Below are positions 39,488-50,557 of a stretch of DNA of 64,000 nt, one piece after another. The translations under genes and the position numbers were made by a program. The DNA is from Dehalococcoidia bacterium (lineage in GTDB: Bacteria; Chloroflexota; Dehalococcoidia; GIF9; AB-539-J10). The notes under the pieces are model-generated. The model saw only the letters and a list, made by a program, of their open reading frames with translations. It had not been told where the DNA came from and searched no databases. Position 1 is the first letter of the stretch. The number at the start of each line of letters is the position of its first letter. The stretch is taken from positions 35,623 through 99,622 of the forward strand of contig JBATUN010000021.1 in the NCBI GenBank assembly GCA_049671165.1. Reading direction: 5' to 3'.

Positions 39488-40537
39488 ATGGGATTATCAC
39501 CTGAAGAAAAAAAGAAAATCTATGAGGAAGAGAGAGCGCGGATTGAGGCACGGGAAAAGATAGAGCGCGAGAAACTGACAGAGCTGGGAAGTACAAGCAC
39601 AGGGCTGTCGCCAAATATTGCAGGACTATTGTGCTATGTTGGTGGATGGATAAGCGGCATCATTTTTCTCGTTTTAGAGCAGAGAAACAAATTTGTTCGT
39701 TTCCACGCGACGCAGTCAATTGTTGCCTTCGGCACCATCACAGTTGCCGGGATTGTACTCGGCTTGATACCGGTGGTCGGTGTTGCTTTCTCTTCAATCA
39801 TAGGAATTATAGGGTTCATTGTTTGGATAATAATGATAGTCAAGGCTTCCAGTGGTGAGTGGTATAAACTGCCCTGGGCTGGTGATGCTGCTGAGAAGAT
39901 GGTCGCTTCTTCAAGGGTAGCAGGTGAATACCCTGAACCTCCACCCCCAGAACCAACAGCAGAATCAGAGGCAGCAGCATCTACACCACCGCCCACTGCA
40001 GATTCAGGTAAACGAATCGAAGACAAAGTAGACGCTCATTTCAAAAGTAGAAGTGGGAGAATAGTGGCTTCCGCTTTTGCCGTCGCCTGGAGTATCGTTT
40101 TATTAATATTCTTCAACTTTTTTAATCAATACGTAGCCTATTATCAGTCGGAAACAGTGGGCGGCATTACTACGTGGACGAGATATCCGTTCTTTACGGA
40201 AGACGTCAGTCTATGGCTACCGATTCTGACAACAACTCTAATTATAACTATTATCGGTCACATTATTTTGATTATCCTTGATAGGTATGTACTGCATGAA
40301 ATGATTCATATCGTTATAAATGCATTTTCACTTTGGACGGTTTTAACCCTTCTATCTATCTTTCCTTTCGACTTCAGTGTAATACCTAGCACTACTGCGG
40401 CTGAGGCCACTTATTTAGGCGTCAAAATATTCTTGATTTTTATTTCAGTTGTGGTAGGAATCGCACTACTGGTCAGGGTAATAAAGTTAATTGTTAATGT
40501 AGTCAGGGGAACTGCTACTTACGAGGAGCATATTTAA
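39488..40537 (+). CDS. membrane protein with DUF4870-like N-terminal domain
   Basis: LCYVGGWISGIIFLVLEQRNKFVRFHATQS; multi-TM C-terminal part. Confidence 0.55.
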   Translation: MGLSPEEKKKIYEEERARIEAREKIEREKLTELGSTSTGLSPNIAGLLCYVGGWISGIIFLVLEQRNKFVRFHATQSIVAFGTITVAGIVLGLIPVVGVAFSSIIGIIGFIVWIIMIVKASSGEWYKLPWAGDAAEKMVASSRVAGEYPEPPPPEPTAESEAAASTPPPTADSGKRIEDKVDAHFKSRSGRIVASAFAVAWSIVLLIFFNFFNQYVAYYQSETVGGITTWTRYPFFTEDVSLWLPILTTTLIITIIGHIILIILDRYVLHEMIHIVINAFSLWTVLTLLSIFPFDFSVIPSTTAAEATYLGVKIFLIFISVVVGIALLVRVIKLIVNVVRGTATYEEHI

Positions 40538-40554
40538 CTAAAAGGAGGTGTGAT

Positions 40555-41283
40555 ATGAAGAAGGCAATAATAATAGTTGCAATAGTGGCAGCGGCAGCGA
40601 TTATCTGTACCTTGTTAATTGTAAGGGGTTGGCCGGGAGGTCTGATTGGGTCCGGAAATCTCGAGACTGAAGAGTATGCTTTCAGTAATTTCACTAGAGT
40701 TGAGATCAGCAGCGCTTTTGAATTTGAAATTCAACAATCCAGCTCGTACAACATAAGTGTCACCGCGGACGATAATGTAATGGAGTACGTCCAGGTTTCT
40801 CAAGTCGGTCAGACTTTGAAGATAGGGCTCAGGACAGTCACATGGTTTGGGCCCGTAACTTTGAGGACTTCGGTGACTATGCCTGAGCTTCGCGGCCTGA
40901 CTGTCTCTGGAGCATCGCGCGGTGATATTTACGACTTCAGTTCCACTGGGGATGTAGATATCACGGTATCTGGAGCCAGCAGGGTTAATGGTGACATCAC
41001 AGCAGGCAATGTCGAGTTTGACATAAGTGGAGCAAGCACTATTCAGTTGGACGGGTCCGCTAACGACATGGTCGCTAGTGTGAGTGGTGCTAGCCGTTTG
41101 AATCTTGACGACTTCACAGTTAATAATGCCGATGTCAATTTTAGTGGTGCCAGCTCGGGAACTATAAACCTGGATGGCAGACTGGATGCTGACCTTAGCG
41201 GTGCATCAAGACTATCGTACATTGGCGAGCCTACAATGGGCACTATCAATACATCCGGTGCGTCTACACTTAGTAAGAAATAA
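40555..41283 (+). CDS. DUF2807 (putative adhesin head/GIN-domain) protein, membrane-anchored
   Basis: Repeated (V/I)SGASR beta-strand repeats; N-terminal TM. Confidence 0.55.
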   Translation: MKKAIIIVAIVAAAAIICTLLIVRGWPGGLIGSGNLETEEYAFSNFTRVEISSAFEFEIQQSSSYNISVTADDNVMEYVQVSQVGQTLKIGLRTVTWFGPVTLRTSVTMPELRGLTVSGASRGDIYDFSSTGDVDITVSGASRVNGDITAGNVEFDISGASTIQLDGSANDMVASVSGASRLNLDDFTVNNADVNFSGASSGTINLDGRLDADLSGASRLSYIGEPTMGTINTSGASTLSKK

Positions 41284-41322
41284 AAACTTCACCGGTGCGA
41301 CTGAGTCGGGGCAAATGGCTAT

Positions 41323-41739
41323 CTATGCTTTTAGCACGGCATTCCGTCCAAGATTAAGCACAAACAGAATAAAGCTGACGACTGCAAGCACTATGAAAGC
41401 CATCGAGTATCCCGTGATGGCCCCGGTGTTCAGGCCGCTGAAAGTACGGATAATGAGGATTAGAGTAAAAATACCAAGTATCTGCCCGGCGATTGTAATA
41501 GGGTGAGCATGTCTTTTCCATCTCCATTTAGTCGGCCTGAACCGAAGGGTGCTCTGCACTTCATTAACTGCGCAGCCAATACCCCCGATAACGACCAGGA
41601 CAATAAAGCTCGTTTGGCCGCCTCCGGCAAACGGGACTTTCATACCGGTTAGAACGGCAACGACGAAGAACACTGCCACCAATCCAAGCACTATTGAAAA
41701 TACATTGTTCCAACGTGTGGTTGAGAATCGTGCCTTCAT
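41323..41739 (-). CDS. hypothetical membrane protein
   Basis: 138 aa, four hydrophobic segments. Confidence 0.4.
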   Translation of the reverse strand: MKARFSTTRWNNVFSIVLGLVAVFFVVAVLTGMKVPFAGGGQTSFIVLVVIGGIGCAVNEVQSTLRFRPTKWRWKRHAHPITIAGQILGIFTLILIIRTFSGLNTGAITGYSMAFIVLAVVSFILFVLNLGRNAVLKA

Positions 41740-42020
41740 AGTATTCCTCCTTGCTATATTATTTAGTTATATTTTTGTGGGCTATTCTACTACCTCCGCT
41801 TAATCTGTCAAGAGATATATATGAACACTATTTGCGCTGGAGCCAGCGTGCACTTTAGGCATCTTTCGTAAGCATATCGTTATAAATGCAAGCTTCATAT
41901 ACTTTTTGACCACCTATAAAAAGGCAGTAAAAATTCAAAAAGTACCTAGTAAAAACTCTGTATTGTTCTGAAGCTAAAATAAACATCGGTCTGCTAAGCC
42001 CTTGGTTCGCTTAATCTGCC

Positions 42021-42335
42021 TTATTTACGCCTGAGAGGTAGTAGCTGGACATTGGAAGTTGCTATCAGGGAAATCCCAACAATCCCTATGACTGTGGAAA
42101 TACCTGTGTTATTTTCTCCCAGGATATCGCCATCGAACATAAAAATAGCAGCTACTAATGCTACGACAACCCCTATTATCCATTGTGCGAAGAATGCTTT
42201 CTTCCGTTTATTGCTTATTCCTTCTAGCTTTACCTCTTTTCGCCTCCTCCAAACTAATAATGCTAACACTACCAATATAACACCAATAACAATAATCACA
42301 ATCGGTATGCTATTGATCATCTTCAACACCTCCAA
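42021..42335 (-). CDS. hypothetical small membrane protein
   Basis: 104 aa, three TM segments. Confidence 0.4.
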   Translation of the reverse strand: MEVLKMINSIPIVIIVIGVILVVLALLVWRRRKEVKLEGISNKRKKAFFAQWIIGVVVALVAAIFMFDGDILGENNTGISTVIGIVGISLIATSNVQLLPLRRK

Positions 42336-42395
42336 TTATTGTTTTTCCAGCATACTAAGTTCCATCTCCCCAAGTTGTCAAGTGGACTGAATTTC

Positions 42396-42421
42396 TGGCA
42401 GCGGCCGAATTTGAACCACCT
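42396..42421 (-). repeat. tRNA-Met 3'-end remnant c
   Basis: tggcagcggccgaatttgaaccacc. Confidence 0.6.
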
Positions 42422-42449
42422 GGGATGGAAAGCCAGCCTCGAAAAGGGT

Positions 42450-42632
42450 TCATTTATCTGAGAAAACAGCTGCAATGCCAACAATCGCCAGTACTATCCC
42501 GATTCCCATTAGCACTAGTGGGAAGTAGCCACTGCCAGGATCTTTGCTGGACAGATATGCCAGGATAAAAAGCACTGTGCTAAGACCGAATGGTGCAATG
42601 ATTCTAGCTACCTTCATTTGCCCTCCTTCCAA
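42450..42632 (-). CDS. hypothetical small membrane protein (60 aa)
   Basis: Hydrophobic ORF; weak. Confidence 0.3.
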   Translation of the reverse strand: MEGGQMKVARIIAPFGLSTVLFILAYLSSKDPGSGYFPLVLMGIGIVLAIVGIAAVFSDK

Positions 42633-42637
42633 ATCGG

Positions 42638-42904
42638 TTAGCCATTTAGATACCCCTGCTCTTGTTTTTGTCTTTTGACAAGTTTATATATTCCAAGAGC
42701 AACTAATAATGTGACGGCGATACCGGCTGACATATACGGATCCATCATTGCCGTGAATAATACAATGAGTGCTGCGGCAATAGCAAAGATGCTGTCCATT
42801 TTAGCTTTCGCTACATTCTTGATGAACCTTGCCAGACACATGAACACTCCCTTATCAATACTAGAATGAAGAAGTCCGAAAAAGGTTGCATTATTCCGTT
42901 CCAT
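42638..42904 (-). CDS. hypothetical small membrane protein (88 aa)
   Basis: Hydrophobic ORF. Confidence 0.35.
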   Translation of the reverse strand: MERNNATFFGLLHSSIDKGVFMCLARFIKNVAKAKMDSIFAIAAALIVLFTAMMDPYMSAGIAVTLLVALGIYKLVKRQKQEQGYLNG

Positions 42905-43007
42905 TTCATATATCCGCCAAGAAAAAGTCCCTGTTGGGAATTTACGAGTTGCTACGCTTGTAGAATTTGAGTAATGCCTTGGTCGGTTAGATAGGATGTA
43001 TGCATAT

Positions 43008-43036
43008 TGGTGGGAGTGGTTGGATTTGAACTAGTT
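43008..43036 (-). repeat. divergent tRNA 3'-end-like remnant d
   Basis: tggtgggagtggttggatttgaactagtt (shares GGATTTGAAC and the terminal TGG). Confidence 0.45.
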
Positions 43037-43523
43037 AATGGGCGATGTACTTTTCCATTTCAATGAAGTCTACCTGCCCGATATGGGTATCCCTGACCGT
43101 CTTGTTAGTCTCTACAAAACCTGCTCTTTGATAGACCTTTATAGCGCGCTGGTTAAAAAGAGCAACTGCAAGTTTAATGGTGTGTTTAGTCAATTTGTAC
43201 TGCAATATTGCATATCTTACACACTCCGATACAAATTCTTCACCTAGTCCTTGGCCAGCTAGGTCAGGTCTTAGACCTAATGATAGCCAGAATTCATCGT
43301 TTTCAGTATAAAAAGAGGCCCATCCTACCAATTCGTCATTTTCATTCAACACAGCCCTAATAGTATTCTGCCAGTTCTTAGCGTCCATAAATATCCTGAG
43401 GTCATCTTCATCTGCCGCCATATCGTAAAACGAATAGACATCATCATAGTGCCAATTGGAGATAATATCATTTGCATATTTCTCGTTCATAGGGATAAAA
43501 ATATATTTCATTTCATACTCCAA
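43035..43523 (-). CDS. GNAT-family N-acetyltransferase
   Basis: QGLGEEFVSE...AIKVYQRAGF motifs A/B. Confidence 0.75.
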   Translation of the reverse strand: MEYEMKYIFIPMNEKYANDIISNWHYDDVYSFYDMAADEDDLRIFMDAKNWQNTIRAVLNENDELVGWASFYTENDEFWLSLGLRPDLAGQGLGEEFVSECVRYAILQYKLTKHTIKLAVALFNQRAIKVYQRAGFVETNKTVRDTHIGQVDFIEMEKYIAH

Positions 43524-43678
43524 ATGCTTGTTTAATTGTAGTAGACATTGAACGTCACCTTCTCTTATTCGAGATGCGAGACGATATATGAGAATCGGCA
43601 GAAGGTCAATAAGGATATGAGACTATTTACAGGCTCGAAAACGATAGAGCTATCTCTCGAGTATTTCTTGTTCCAAGG

Positions 43679-44002
43679 CTAATTACTCGAACCTTTGAAC
43701 AGCAATACCACCCCTATTATTAATGCGGCTATAGGAGATACGAGGTAGAGGATGAATTCAGTAGGCCCGAGAAGGTCTTTAAGCATCACGGCACCAACTA
43801 TCCAGCCTAATGTGAAGACAATCCCCGAGAATCTGAAAGTGAAGAATAAAACGATTGATGCTAAAAAGCCCACAACTGTAAACAGAATAACTAGAAATGA
43901 CGGTATGAGTCCCTCTTCAGCGAAAGCAGCTAATAGAGCGCTGATTATGATGCCACCTATGATACCTGTTACAGCTTCAACAAAACCTCGTTGAAAGTTC
44001 AT
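43679..44002 (-). CDS. hypothetical membrane protein
   Basis: 107 aa, three TM segments. Confidence 0.4.
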   Translation of the reverse strand: MNFQRGFVEAVTGIIGGIIISALLAAFAEEGLIPSFLVILFTVVGFLASIVLFFTFRFSGIVFTLGWIVGAVMLKDLLGPTEFILYLVSPIAALIIGVVLLFKGSSN

Positions 44003-44075
44003 CTTAGTACCTCCTCTTTGTTTTGATAATATATCTTAGCAGATGATTTGCAAGGAAAACAAGTCATAAAAGAAG

Positions 44076-44089
44076 TGGCAGCGGCTGAT
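44076..44089 (-). repeat. truncated tRNA-Met 3'-end remnant e
   Basis: tggcagcggctga. Confidence 0.45.
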
Positions 44090-44102
44090 TGCTAGATCTC
44101 AA

Positions 44103-44306
44103 TTATATATACCCAACAGCCACCAATACTCCAACAACGATAACAATTACTCCGACAATCTGGTGGAAACGATATATATTATCGCCCCATAGTATCTTTG
44201 AGCGAGCAACTATTAACCGATAGATAAAGAAATCGCTTTTTAATCTGCCGCAGACCAGTAAGAACAGGCCTGCCAAAACTATCAAAATACCCCATAGTAA
44301 GTGCAT
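44103..44306 (-). CDS. hypothetical small membrane protein (67 aa)
   Basis: Two TM segments. Confidence 0.35.
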   Translation of the reverse strand: MHLLWGILIVLAGLFLLVCGRLKSDFFIYRLIVARSKILWGDNIYRFHQIVGVIVIVVGVLVAVGYI

Positions 44307-44439
44307 TCTCCCTCCCCTAACCAGTTATATGAAGGGTTATTCTGGACGCTTCGTCATTATTTAAATAACAATCCATCAAATGCTGATTTTGGGCATTTTA
44401 ACCCAGTGGCTACGCAAAAAGACTAAACAAATAAACAAA

Positions 44440-44511
<72 letters not shown>

Positions 44512-44627
44512 CGAAAATAGTTTAGCATTGGCTAGAGGAGACGGTCAAATTAGGGGACACAATGACAAGGAGAATTTGAGCAGTTATAATCTAATGCGGC
44601 GATGTCAAGCTGTACAGGAGGCGTAGA

Positions 44628-45230
44628 TTGAGAGAGCCGTTTGCGAAATTCGTAGAAGGCGAGCTGGGGGCTGGTGTTTTGCTTACCACCTGTGGCTTGC
44701 CGGGCACCTGGAAAACTGAGACGAGTGAGGAGATTTCCAGGATTAAGGGCTACCCTATCCTGCGGTCCGACCTGATTAGACTGGAAGTGCTGAAAGGCGA
44801 GAACATATTCGATGAGAAAGTCGCCTCGGATATGAGCAAACGAACGATGGTCTATGATGAGACGTTCCGGCGGGCAGACGAGGCCTTGAATAAGGACGAT
44901 AGTGTAATACTCGATGCCACCTTCCTCACCCAATCGTTGAGAAGACGGGCTGCTGAGGTAGCGGCCAAGCATAATAAGACATTCGTTATCCTGCAGACTC
45001 ATTGCCCGCAAGAGATAGCCATCGCCCGGATATTAAGACGTACCCAGGAGGACTACGAATCGAATGCCCTCACCGAGCAGGCCTACCTCAACAATAAGAA
45101 GAAGTTCGAAGAGGTGGATGTGGACGACCTGAAGCGATTGTATCCCGGACTCAATATCATCCACCTGACAGTTGATACCGAGCACGACCCGCCCGAAGAT
45201 TGGTATATCATCGGCATGGAAAAGAAATAG
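44628..45230 (+). CDS. P-loop NTPase / predicted kinase (AAA_33-like)
   Basis: GLPGTWKT Walker A-like motif. Confidence 0.6.
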   Translation: MREPFAKFVEGELGAGVLLTTCGLPGTWKTETSEEISRIKGYPILRSDLIRLEVLKGENIFDEKVASDMSKRTMVYDETFRRADEALNKDDSVILDATFLTQSLRRRAAEVAAKHNKTFVILQTHCPQEIAIARILRRTQEDYESNALTEQAYLNNKKKFEEVDVDDLKRLYPGLNIIHLTVDTEHDPPEDWYIIGMEKK

Positions 45231-45251
45231 AAGTGAAAATCAATCTGAGGT

Positions 45252-45937
45252 GTGAAGGAATCCTTTCCTTCACAAGTTCAAGTTGTAGCAGAGGGAATGG
45301 ATACTCTGTCCTCAAAATGAGGTATTATCCACATCTTAAGGGCATGGTTTATGGCACCATACAAATCATTCCCTGAAAAAGAGCACCTCTATTTTGTGAC
45401 TAGCTCAATTGTTGGTCACAAATACCTTTTTCACAAGCCCGAGTATGCTCAAATCATTCTTGATAGCTTGAGCTTCCTGCGAAGTCAGAGGAGAATTAAG
45501 CTTTATGCTTTTGTAATAATGCCTAACCATTTCCACTTGATTATCAAAGTACTTGGTGCTTCTAATATCTCGAAATTAGCCCACGACCTCAAACTATTTA
45601 CAGCAAATCAAATTATTAAGAGGTTGCAGACAAATAGAGAATTGCATTTGCTGGATTATTTTAAGCAGCAAGCCAAGGGCATTAAAAAACAGAAGCACAA
45701 AGTTTGGGAAACTGGATTTTGGGACAAAAACATCTTTTCGGAAAAATTTCTGCAAGAAAAGATGGAATACATTCACAACAACCCAATCAATAAGAACTGG
45801 TGTCTAGTTGAAGAGAGGTCAGAGTACCCTTTTTCCAGCGCCCGGTTTTATGACAAAGGAAAAGAGGCCATTGTTGATATTGATGATGTCCGAGAACTCG
45901 TGTGCTAATATGCTGGCGGGAATCCTTTCCCGCCAGC
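45252..45937 (+). mobile_element. IS200/IS605-like minimal element or REP/RAYT unit: tnpA flanked by hairpins sharing the core GGAATCCTTTCC
   Basis: Hairpins 45252-45273 (gtgaagga-atcctt-tccttcac) and 45912-45937 (gctggcggga-atcctt-tcccgccagc). Confidence 0.6.
45351..45908 (+). CDS. tnpA: Y1 HuH transposase (IS200-like / REP-associated tyrosine transposase)
   Basis: VIMPNHFHLII HuH motif; C-terminal EYIHNNP catalytic-Tyr motif. Confidence 0.75.
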   Translation: MAPYKSFPEKEHLYFVTSSIVGHKYLFHKPEYAQIILDSLSFLRSQRRIKLYAFVIMPNHFHLIIKVLGASNISKLAHDLKLFTANQIIKRLQTNRELHLLDYFKQQAKGIKKQKHKVWETGFWDKNIFSEKFLQEKMEYIHNNPINKNWCLVEERSEYPFSSARFYDKGKEAIVDIDDVRELVC

Positions 45938-45968
45938 CTCAAAAGGGTGACTTATTATTAAGGGTAGA

Positions 45969-46832
45969 ATGAAGATAGATTTGCACATCCATACCAAGAC
46001 CGGCTCGGATGGCAATCTCCCTATTGAAGAGGTTTTCCAAGAAGCCAAAAATAGAAACATCGATTTAATCTCGATAACTGACCACGATTCTATAGACTGC
46101 CAGGAAAGAGCTATCGCCCTGGCGAGAAAGCACGGCATGTCTTACATCACAGGGGTGGAATTAAACGTGACTTTCCATTATCCTGAGGGCAATAAAGATG
46201 TTTCCCTGGATTTCCTGGGATACGGGTATGACATCGGCAATCAAGAGCTAAAGAGCAAGCTTCAATTGATAAAAGAACACAGGAAAGGAAGGGCGCGCCA
46301 GATTTTAGAAAACCTGAACGTTGAGTTCGATAAAGAGGGTATTGAAAGATCTACCGAGGAAGACCTCAGGAAAATAGAGGATAGTGTAGACGGCGTGTTC
46401 GGGCGACCCCATATAGCGAACTACCTAAAGGAAAAGGGCATTGTAAAGGATAAGCAAGAGGCCTTCGATAAATATCTGGTCAAGTGCGATGTCCCCAAGT
46501 ACCCACTCTCTCTGGCTGAAGCATCAAAGCTGATCAGGAACGCCGGCGGTATGCTGGTACACGCCCACCCCAATGACCCCAACGGAACATCCCTGGCAAG
46601 CATAACTCATGATTTGGACGAGCAAACGAGGGTCATAGAAAAATATATGCTAAAATACATCGATGGTGTCGAGTGCTGGCATACGAGACATGACGAAAAA
46701 ACCACAGCACACTATATTGAATTTGCCAGAAAGCACAATATGCTCATGACCGGCGGCAGTGATTGTCATCAAAAACCGCTTCTTATGGGCACATTGGATA
46801 TACCTGATTGGGTTGCTGAACAGTTCAGCTAA
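45969..46832 (+). CDS. PHP-domain metal-dependent phosphoesterase
   Basis: MKIDLHIHTKTGSDG...ISITDHD. Confidence 0.8.
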   Translation: MKIDLHIHTKTGSDGNLPIEEVFQEAKNRNIDLISITDHDSIDCQERAIALARKHGMSYITGVELNVTFHYPEGNKDVSLDFLGYGYDIGNQELKSKLQLIKEHRKGRARQILENLNVEFDKEGIERSTEEDLRKIEDSVDGVFGRPHIANYLKEKGIVKDKQEAFDKYLVKCDVPKYPLSLAEASKLIRNAGGMLVHAHPNDPNGTSLASITHDLDEQTRVIEKYMLKYIDGVECWHTRHDEKTTAHYIEFARKHNMLMTGGSDCHQKPLLMGTLDIPDWVAEQFS

Positions 46833-46856
46833 TGCAATTTTCAAGGAGCCAAAAAG

Positions 46857-48113
46857 ATGAAGAACTATGACATTAAAGACTCTTCCCTAGCCCGAGAGGG
46901 CAAACTTCGCATTGACTGGGCTGACAAGGAAATGCCAGTCGTCAGGCGAATAAGGACAAGATTCCGCAAAGAAAGACCCCTGGCGGGAGTACGTATTTCT
47001 GCTTGCCTCCATATCACCACAGAAACAGCCAATTTAGCTCTGGCTTTGAAAGCAGGTGGGGCTGAAGTAGTCCTGTGTGCCTCCAATCCTTTGAGTACCC
47101 AGGACGATGTAGCTGCTGCCCTGGTGGACTATGGCATTCCCGTCAACGCCATAAAGGGAGAGGATAATAAGACTTACTACAAACATATCATAACCGCCCT
47201 GAAACATGAGCCACAGATTACTATGGACGATGGGGCAGACCTGGTTTCCACCCTTCATAAAGACTACACCAAACTGGCTGCTAACGTCATTGGCGGCACC
47301 GAGGAAACCACCACGGGAGTCATCAGGCTGAGGAACATGGCCAGGGATGGCAAGTTGATTTATCCTATTGTCGCCGTGAACGATGCACAAACTAAACATT
47401 TATTTGACAATAAATATGGAACGGGACAAAGCGCAATTGATGGCATCACCAGGGCTACCAATATACTCTGGGCGGGGAGGAAAGTGGTTGTTTGTGGCTA
47501 TGGCTGGTGTGGCAGGGGAATAGCCAGGCGGGCTCAAGGGCTAGGAGCGCACATTATCATCACCGAGGTGCAGCCTATCCCGGCTCTGGAAGCGGCCATG
47601 GATGGCTATCAGGTGATGCCTCTGATCAAGGCGTGTGAGATAGGAGAGGTCTTCATCACCGCCACGGGCGATATGAACGTCATTGATAAGGCACACATTT
47701 CGAGGATGAAAGACGGGGCTATTCTGGCCAATAGCGGCCACTTCAACGTAGAAATAAATATCGCAGCCCTGGAAAGCCTGGCCAAATCGAAGAAGCGAAT
47801 ACGTTCTTCCGTTGATGAGTACACTTTGGGCGATGGACGGCGTATCTATCTGCTAGGCGAGGGCAGGTTAATCAATCTAGCCGCTGCCGAGGGACACCCG
47901 GCTAGCGTTATGGACATGAGCTTTGCCAACCAGGCTCTATGTCTAGAATATCTCACCAAGATGAAGGGAAAACTTAAGCCTGCGGTCTATCCTGTACCTG
48001 AAGAAATTGACCAGGAGGTAGGTAAACTGAAGCTCGCCTCTATGAATATCGCCATTGATTCTCTGACCAGGGAGCAGAAAAAATACCTGGAAAGCTGGGA
48101 AGAAGGAACATAG
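46857..48113 (+). CDS. ahcY: adenosylhomocysteinase
   Basis: NAD-binding GYGWCGRG segment and conserved SAH-hydrolase blocks. Confidence 0.95.
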   Translation: MKNYDIKDSSLAREGKLRIDWADKEMPVVRRIRTRFRKERPLAGVRISACLHITTETANLALALKAGGAEVVLCASNPLSTQDDVAAALVDYGIPVNAIKGEDNKTYYKHIITALKHEPQITMDDGADLVSTLHKDYTKLAANVIGGTEETTTGVIRLRNMARDGKLIYPIVAVNDAQTKHLFDNKYGTGQSAIDGITRATNILWAGRKVVVCGYGWCGRGIARRAQGLGAHIIITEVQPIPALEAAMDGYQVMPLIKACEIGEVFITATGDMNVIDKAHISRMKDGAILANSGHFNVEINIAALESLAKSKKRIRSSVDEYTLGDGRRIYLLGEGRLINLAAAEGHPASVMDMSFANQALCLEYLTKMKGKLKPAVYPVPEEIDQEVGKLKLASMNIAIDSLTREQKKYLESWEEGT

Positions 48114-48125
48114 AAAGGAGTAAGA

Positions 48126-49340
48126 ATGCCGAATAGCTTTAACCAGTCGGATTCCTATTTAGCCACTGCGGAGTGCGTCACCGAGGGACATCCTGATAAG
48201 CTGTGCGACCAGATTTCAGACGCTATCCTCGACGCCATGCTGGAACAGGACCCCTTTGCCCATGTAGCCTGCGAAGTCTCTGTGGCCATGGGCATGGTCA
48301 TAGTTCTTGGTGAGGTTACCTGCAAGGGTTACGTGGAGATTCCGGACATCGTGCGCCAAGTAATCAAAGAGGCAGGCTATACCAAACCTGAATATGGCTT
48401 TGATTATCGGACCTGTGGAATCATGGTTTCCCTCAAGGGACAGTCAAGCGACATTGCTGCCGGAGTTGATCAATCTTTGGAAACAAGAACAGGAGAGGCA
48501 ACCGACGAAGTCTTAGACAAAACCGGCGCCGGTGACCAGGGAATGATGGTTGGCTTTGCCTGTAGAGAAACACCTGAGCTCATGCCTTTGCCTGTTGCAC
48601 TGGCGCACAAGCTATGCCGGCGCTTGGCTCAGGTAAGAAAAGAGGGGATCGTGCCTTATCTGAGGCCCGATGGTAAGTCCCAGGTGACTATAGAATACAC
48701 CCGTGGCATACCCAAGAGGGTGGTCTGTGTTGTTATCGGTGCTCATCACGACCCGGGAGTGGAACGTAAAATTATGGAGCATGACCTTATAGAGCAGGCG
48801 ATTAAGAAGGTCATTCCTGCCAACTTGCTGGATAACGAGACTGAATACTACATCAACAGCGCCGGCCAGTTTGTCATCGGTGGGCCGGTGAGCGACACCG
48901 GTTTCACCGGGCGCAAAATCATTGCCGATACTTACGGCAGTGCCTGTGGACATGGTGGAGGCTCTTTTTCAGGCAAAGACCCTACTAAGGTAGACCGCTC
49001 CGCTGCTTATATGGCTAGATATGTTGCCAAGAATATTGTAGCTGCCGGACTTGCTGATTACCTCGAGCTTCAGGTTGCCTATACTATCGGAAAAGCTTAT
49101 CCCCTGTCATTATCCATCGAGACATTCAGCACAGGACAGGTCCCTGATGAAGTCATATCAAATCTCGTCAACAAGCATTTCGACTTCCGTCCCGAGGCTA
49201 TCATAAGGACTTTGGACCTGCGCCGGTCTATTTACCGCCAAACTGCTACTTATGGACACTTCGGCAGAGAAGACCTCGACTTTCCCTGGGAGAGAACGGA
49301 TAAGGCCGAAATCCTAAGAAAAGAAGCGGGCCTGCAATAG
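48126..49340 (+). CDS. metK: S-adenosylmethionine synthase
   Basis: [24 protein letters not shown]. Confidence 0.95.
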   Translation: MPNSFNQSDSYLATAECVTEGHPDKLCDQISDAILDAMLEQDPFAHVACEVSVAMGMVIVLGEVTCKGYVEIPDIVRQVIKEAGYTKPEYGFDYRTCGIMVSLKGQSSDIAAGVDQSLETRTGEATDEVLDKTGAGDQGMMVGFACRETPELMPLPVALAHKLCRRLAQVRKEGIVPYLRPDGKSQVTIEYTRGIPKRVVCVVIGAHHDPGVERKIMEHDLIEQAIKKVIPANLLDNETEYYINSAGQFVIGGPVSDTGFTGRKIIADTYGSACGHGGGSFSGKDPTKVDRSAAYMARYVAKNIVAAGLADYLELQVAYTIGKAYPLSLSIETFSTGQVPDEVISNLVNKHFDFRPEAIIRTLDLRRSIYRQTATYGHFGREDLDFPWERTDKAEILRKEAGLQ

Positions 49341-49371
49341 CCCAGACCACAGGACGGAGTCAAGACCCCCC

Positions 49372-49388
49372 GCAGGACCATGTCCTGC
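49372..49388 (+). terminator. weak hairpin after metK (gcaggac-cat-gtcctgc)
   Basis: 7-bp stem; no clear U-tract. Confidence 0.25.
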
Positions 49389-49603
49389 CTTAATAATTCA
49401 TCAGTTCGTGCATTGCTAAGATTACGTATGTTTGAGCATAATGTGGTACATAATGTGGTATAATTGGAAGGCTAACCTAGAACCTCAATGGGCACCTGAG
49501 TGATCGGGAGTGAACCAGTGTGGACAAAGCTGTTATAGCGTGCCTCTATCTTAACTGCTCGGAGGCGGACTTTGTGTTTTTGTATTTGGCGAGATGAGGT
49601 CAC

Positions 49604-50557
49604 ATGAGTTTGATACAGGTGGATGATTTAGCCAAAAGTTATGGCAGGGTGGTTGCTGTGGATGGGCTCTCTTTGAGGGTGGAGGAGGGCAGCATTATGG
49701 GGCTCATAGGTCCCAACGGCGCTGGAAAAACCACCGCAATAAAGATAATCTTGGGCTTGCTTAAGCAGGATAGGGGGTTTGTCAGGGTTTTTGACGAGGA
49801 ACCATGGGACAACCCGGATATCAAACCGAAGATAGGAGTAATCTATGAAAGAGCCTACTTCCCATCCCGTCATAAGGTATTCGACTACCTGAAGAGGGTG
49901 TGTAGGATCTTTGGCAAACCTGAGTCCCGAGCCCGTGAAGTTTTAGCTTTGACGAGACTTGAGGATGCCCATGACAGAACCATAAAAGCGTTGTCGGCCG
50001 GGATGCTCCAAAAGTTCGCCGTAGCCCATGCCCTGATCAAAGAGCCGCGTCTCATCATTGCTGATGAACCTACATCAAACCTTGACCCTGAGGCCAGGAG
50101 AGAGTTGTTAGATTTAATCCTGAAACTTCACCGCGACGAAAATGTAACTTTTCTCATCTCCTCGCACGTACTTCCTGAGTTGAGCAGAGTTTGTGAATCC
50201 GTGGCGATAATTAATGAGGGCAAGGTCTGGGCCGCGGGAAGCTTGACGGAACTTTCGGAGAAGCTTGGAACCAGAACTACGAGGATAGCTACTGATAATC
50301 CTGAGGCGCTTGGAGAGCTGGTAAGAAAACTGGAATATGTTAACCGGGTGGAAGTAGATAGCAGGGGAGTTTCTGTAGGTGTGCTTGCCGGCGAAGATGA
50401 AAGGCTTTACGAAGACGTTCCCAGACTTGCTAAGAAAGCAGAGGCCAAAATTGTGGGAATAGAGACCGGAACTGCTTCCCTTGAAGAACTCTTTAGACTG
50501 GCCGTTAAGTCCGGACAAGGAGAAGGTCATAGATGGGAAAAGGCCGACCATTCTTAG
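49604..50557 (+). CDS. ABC transporter ATP-binding protein
   Basis: Walker A GPNGAGKTT, LSAGMLQK signature, Walker B IIADEPT. Confidence 0.9.
   Translation: MSLIQVDDLAKSYGRVVAVDGLSLRVEEGSIMGLIGPNGAGKTTAIKIILGLLKQDRGFVRVFDEEPWDNPDIKPKIGVIYERAYFPSRHKVFDYLKRVCRIFGKPESRAREVLALTRLEDAHDRTIKALSAGMLQKFAVAHALIKEPRLIIADEPTSNLDPEARRELLDLILKLHRDENVTFLISSHVLPELSRVCESVAIINEGKVWAAGSLTELSEKLGTRTTRIATDNPEALGELVRKLEYVNRVEVDSRGVSVGVLAGEDERLYEDVPRLAKKAEAKIVGIETGTASLEELFRLAVKSGQGEGHRWEKADHS

Noticed and set aside
49440-49475. gcataatgtggtacataatgtggtataattgg, a direct repeat with TATAAT upstream of the ABC ATPase
   Set aside because: It is probably just the cassette promoter. It is too short to call a regulatory repeat with confidence.
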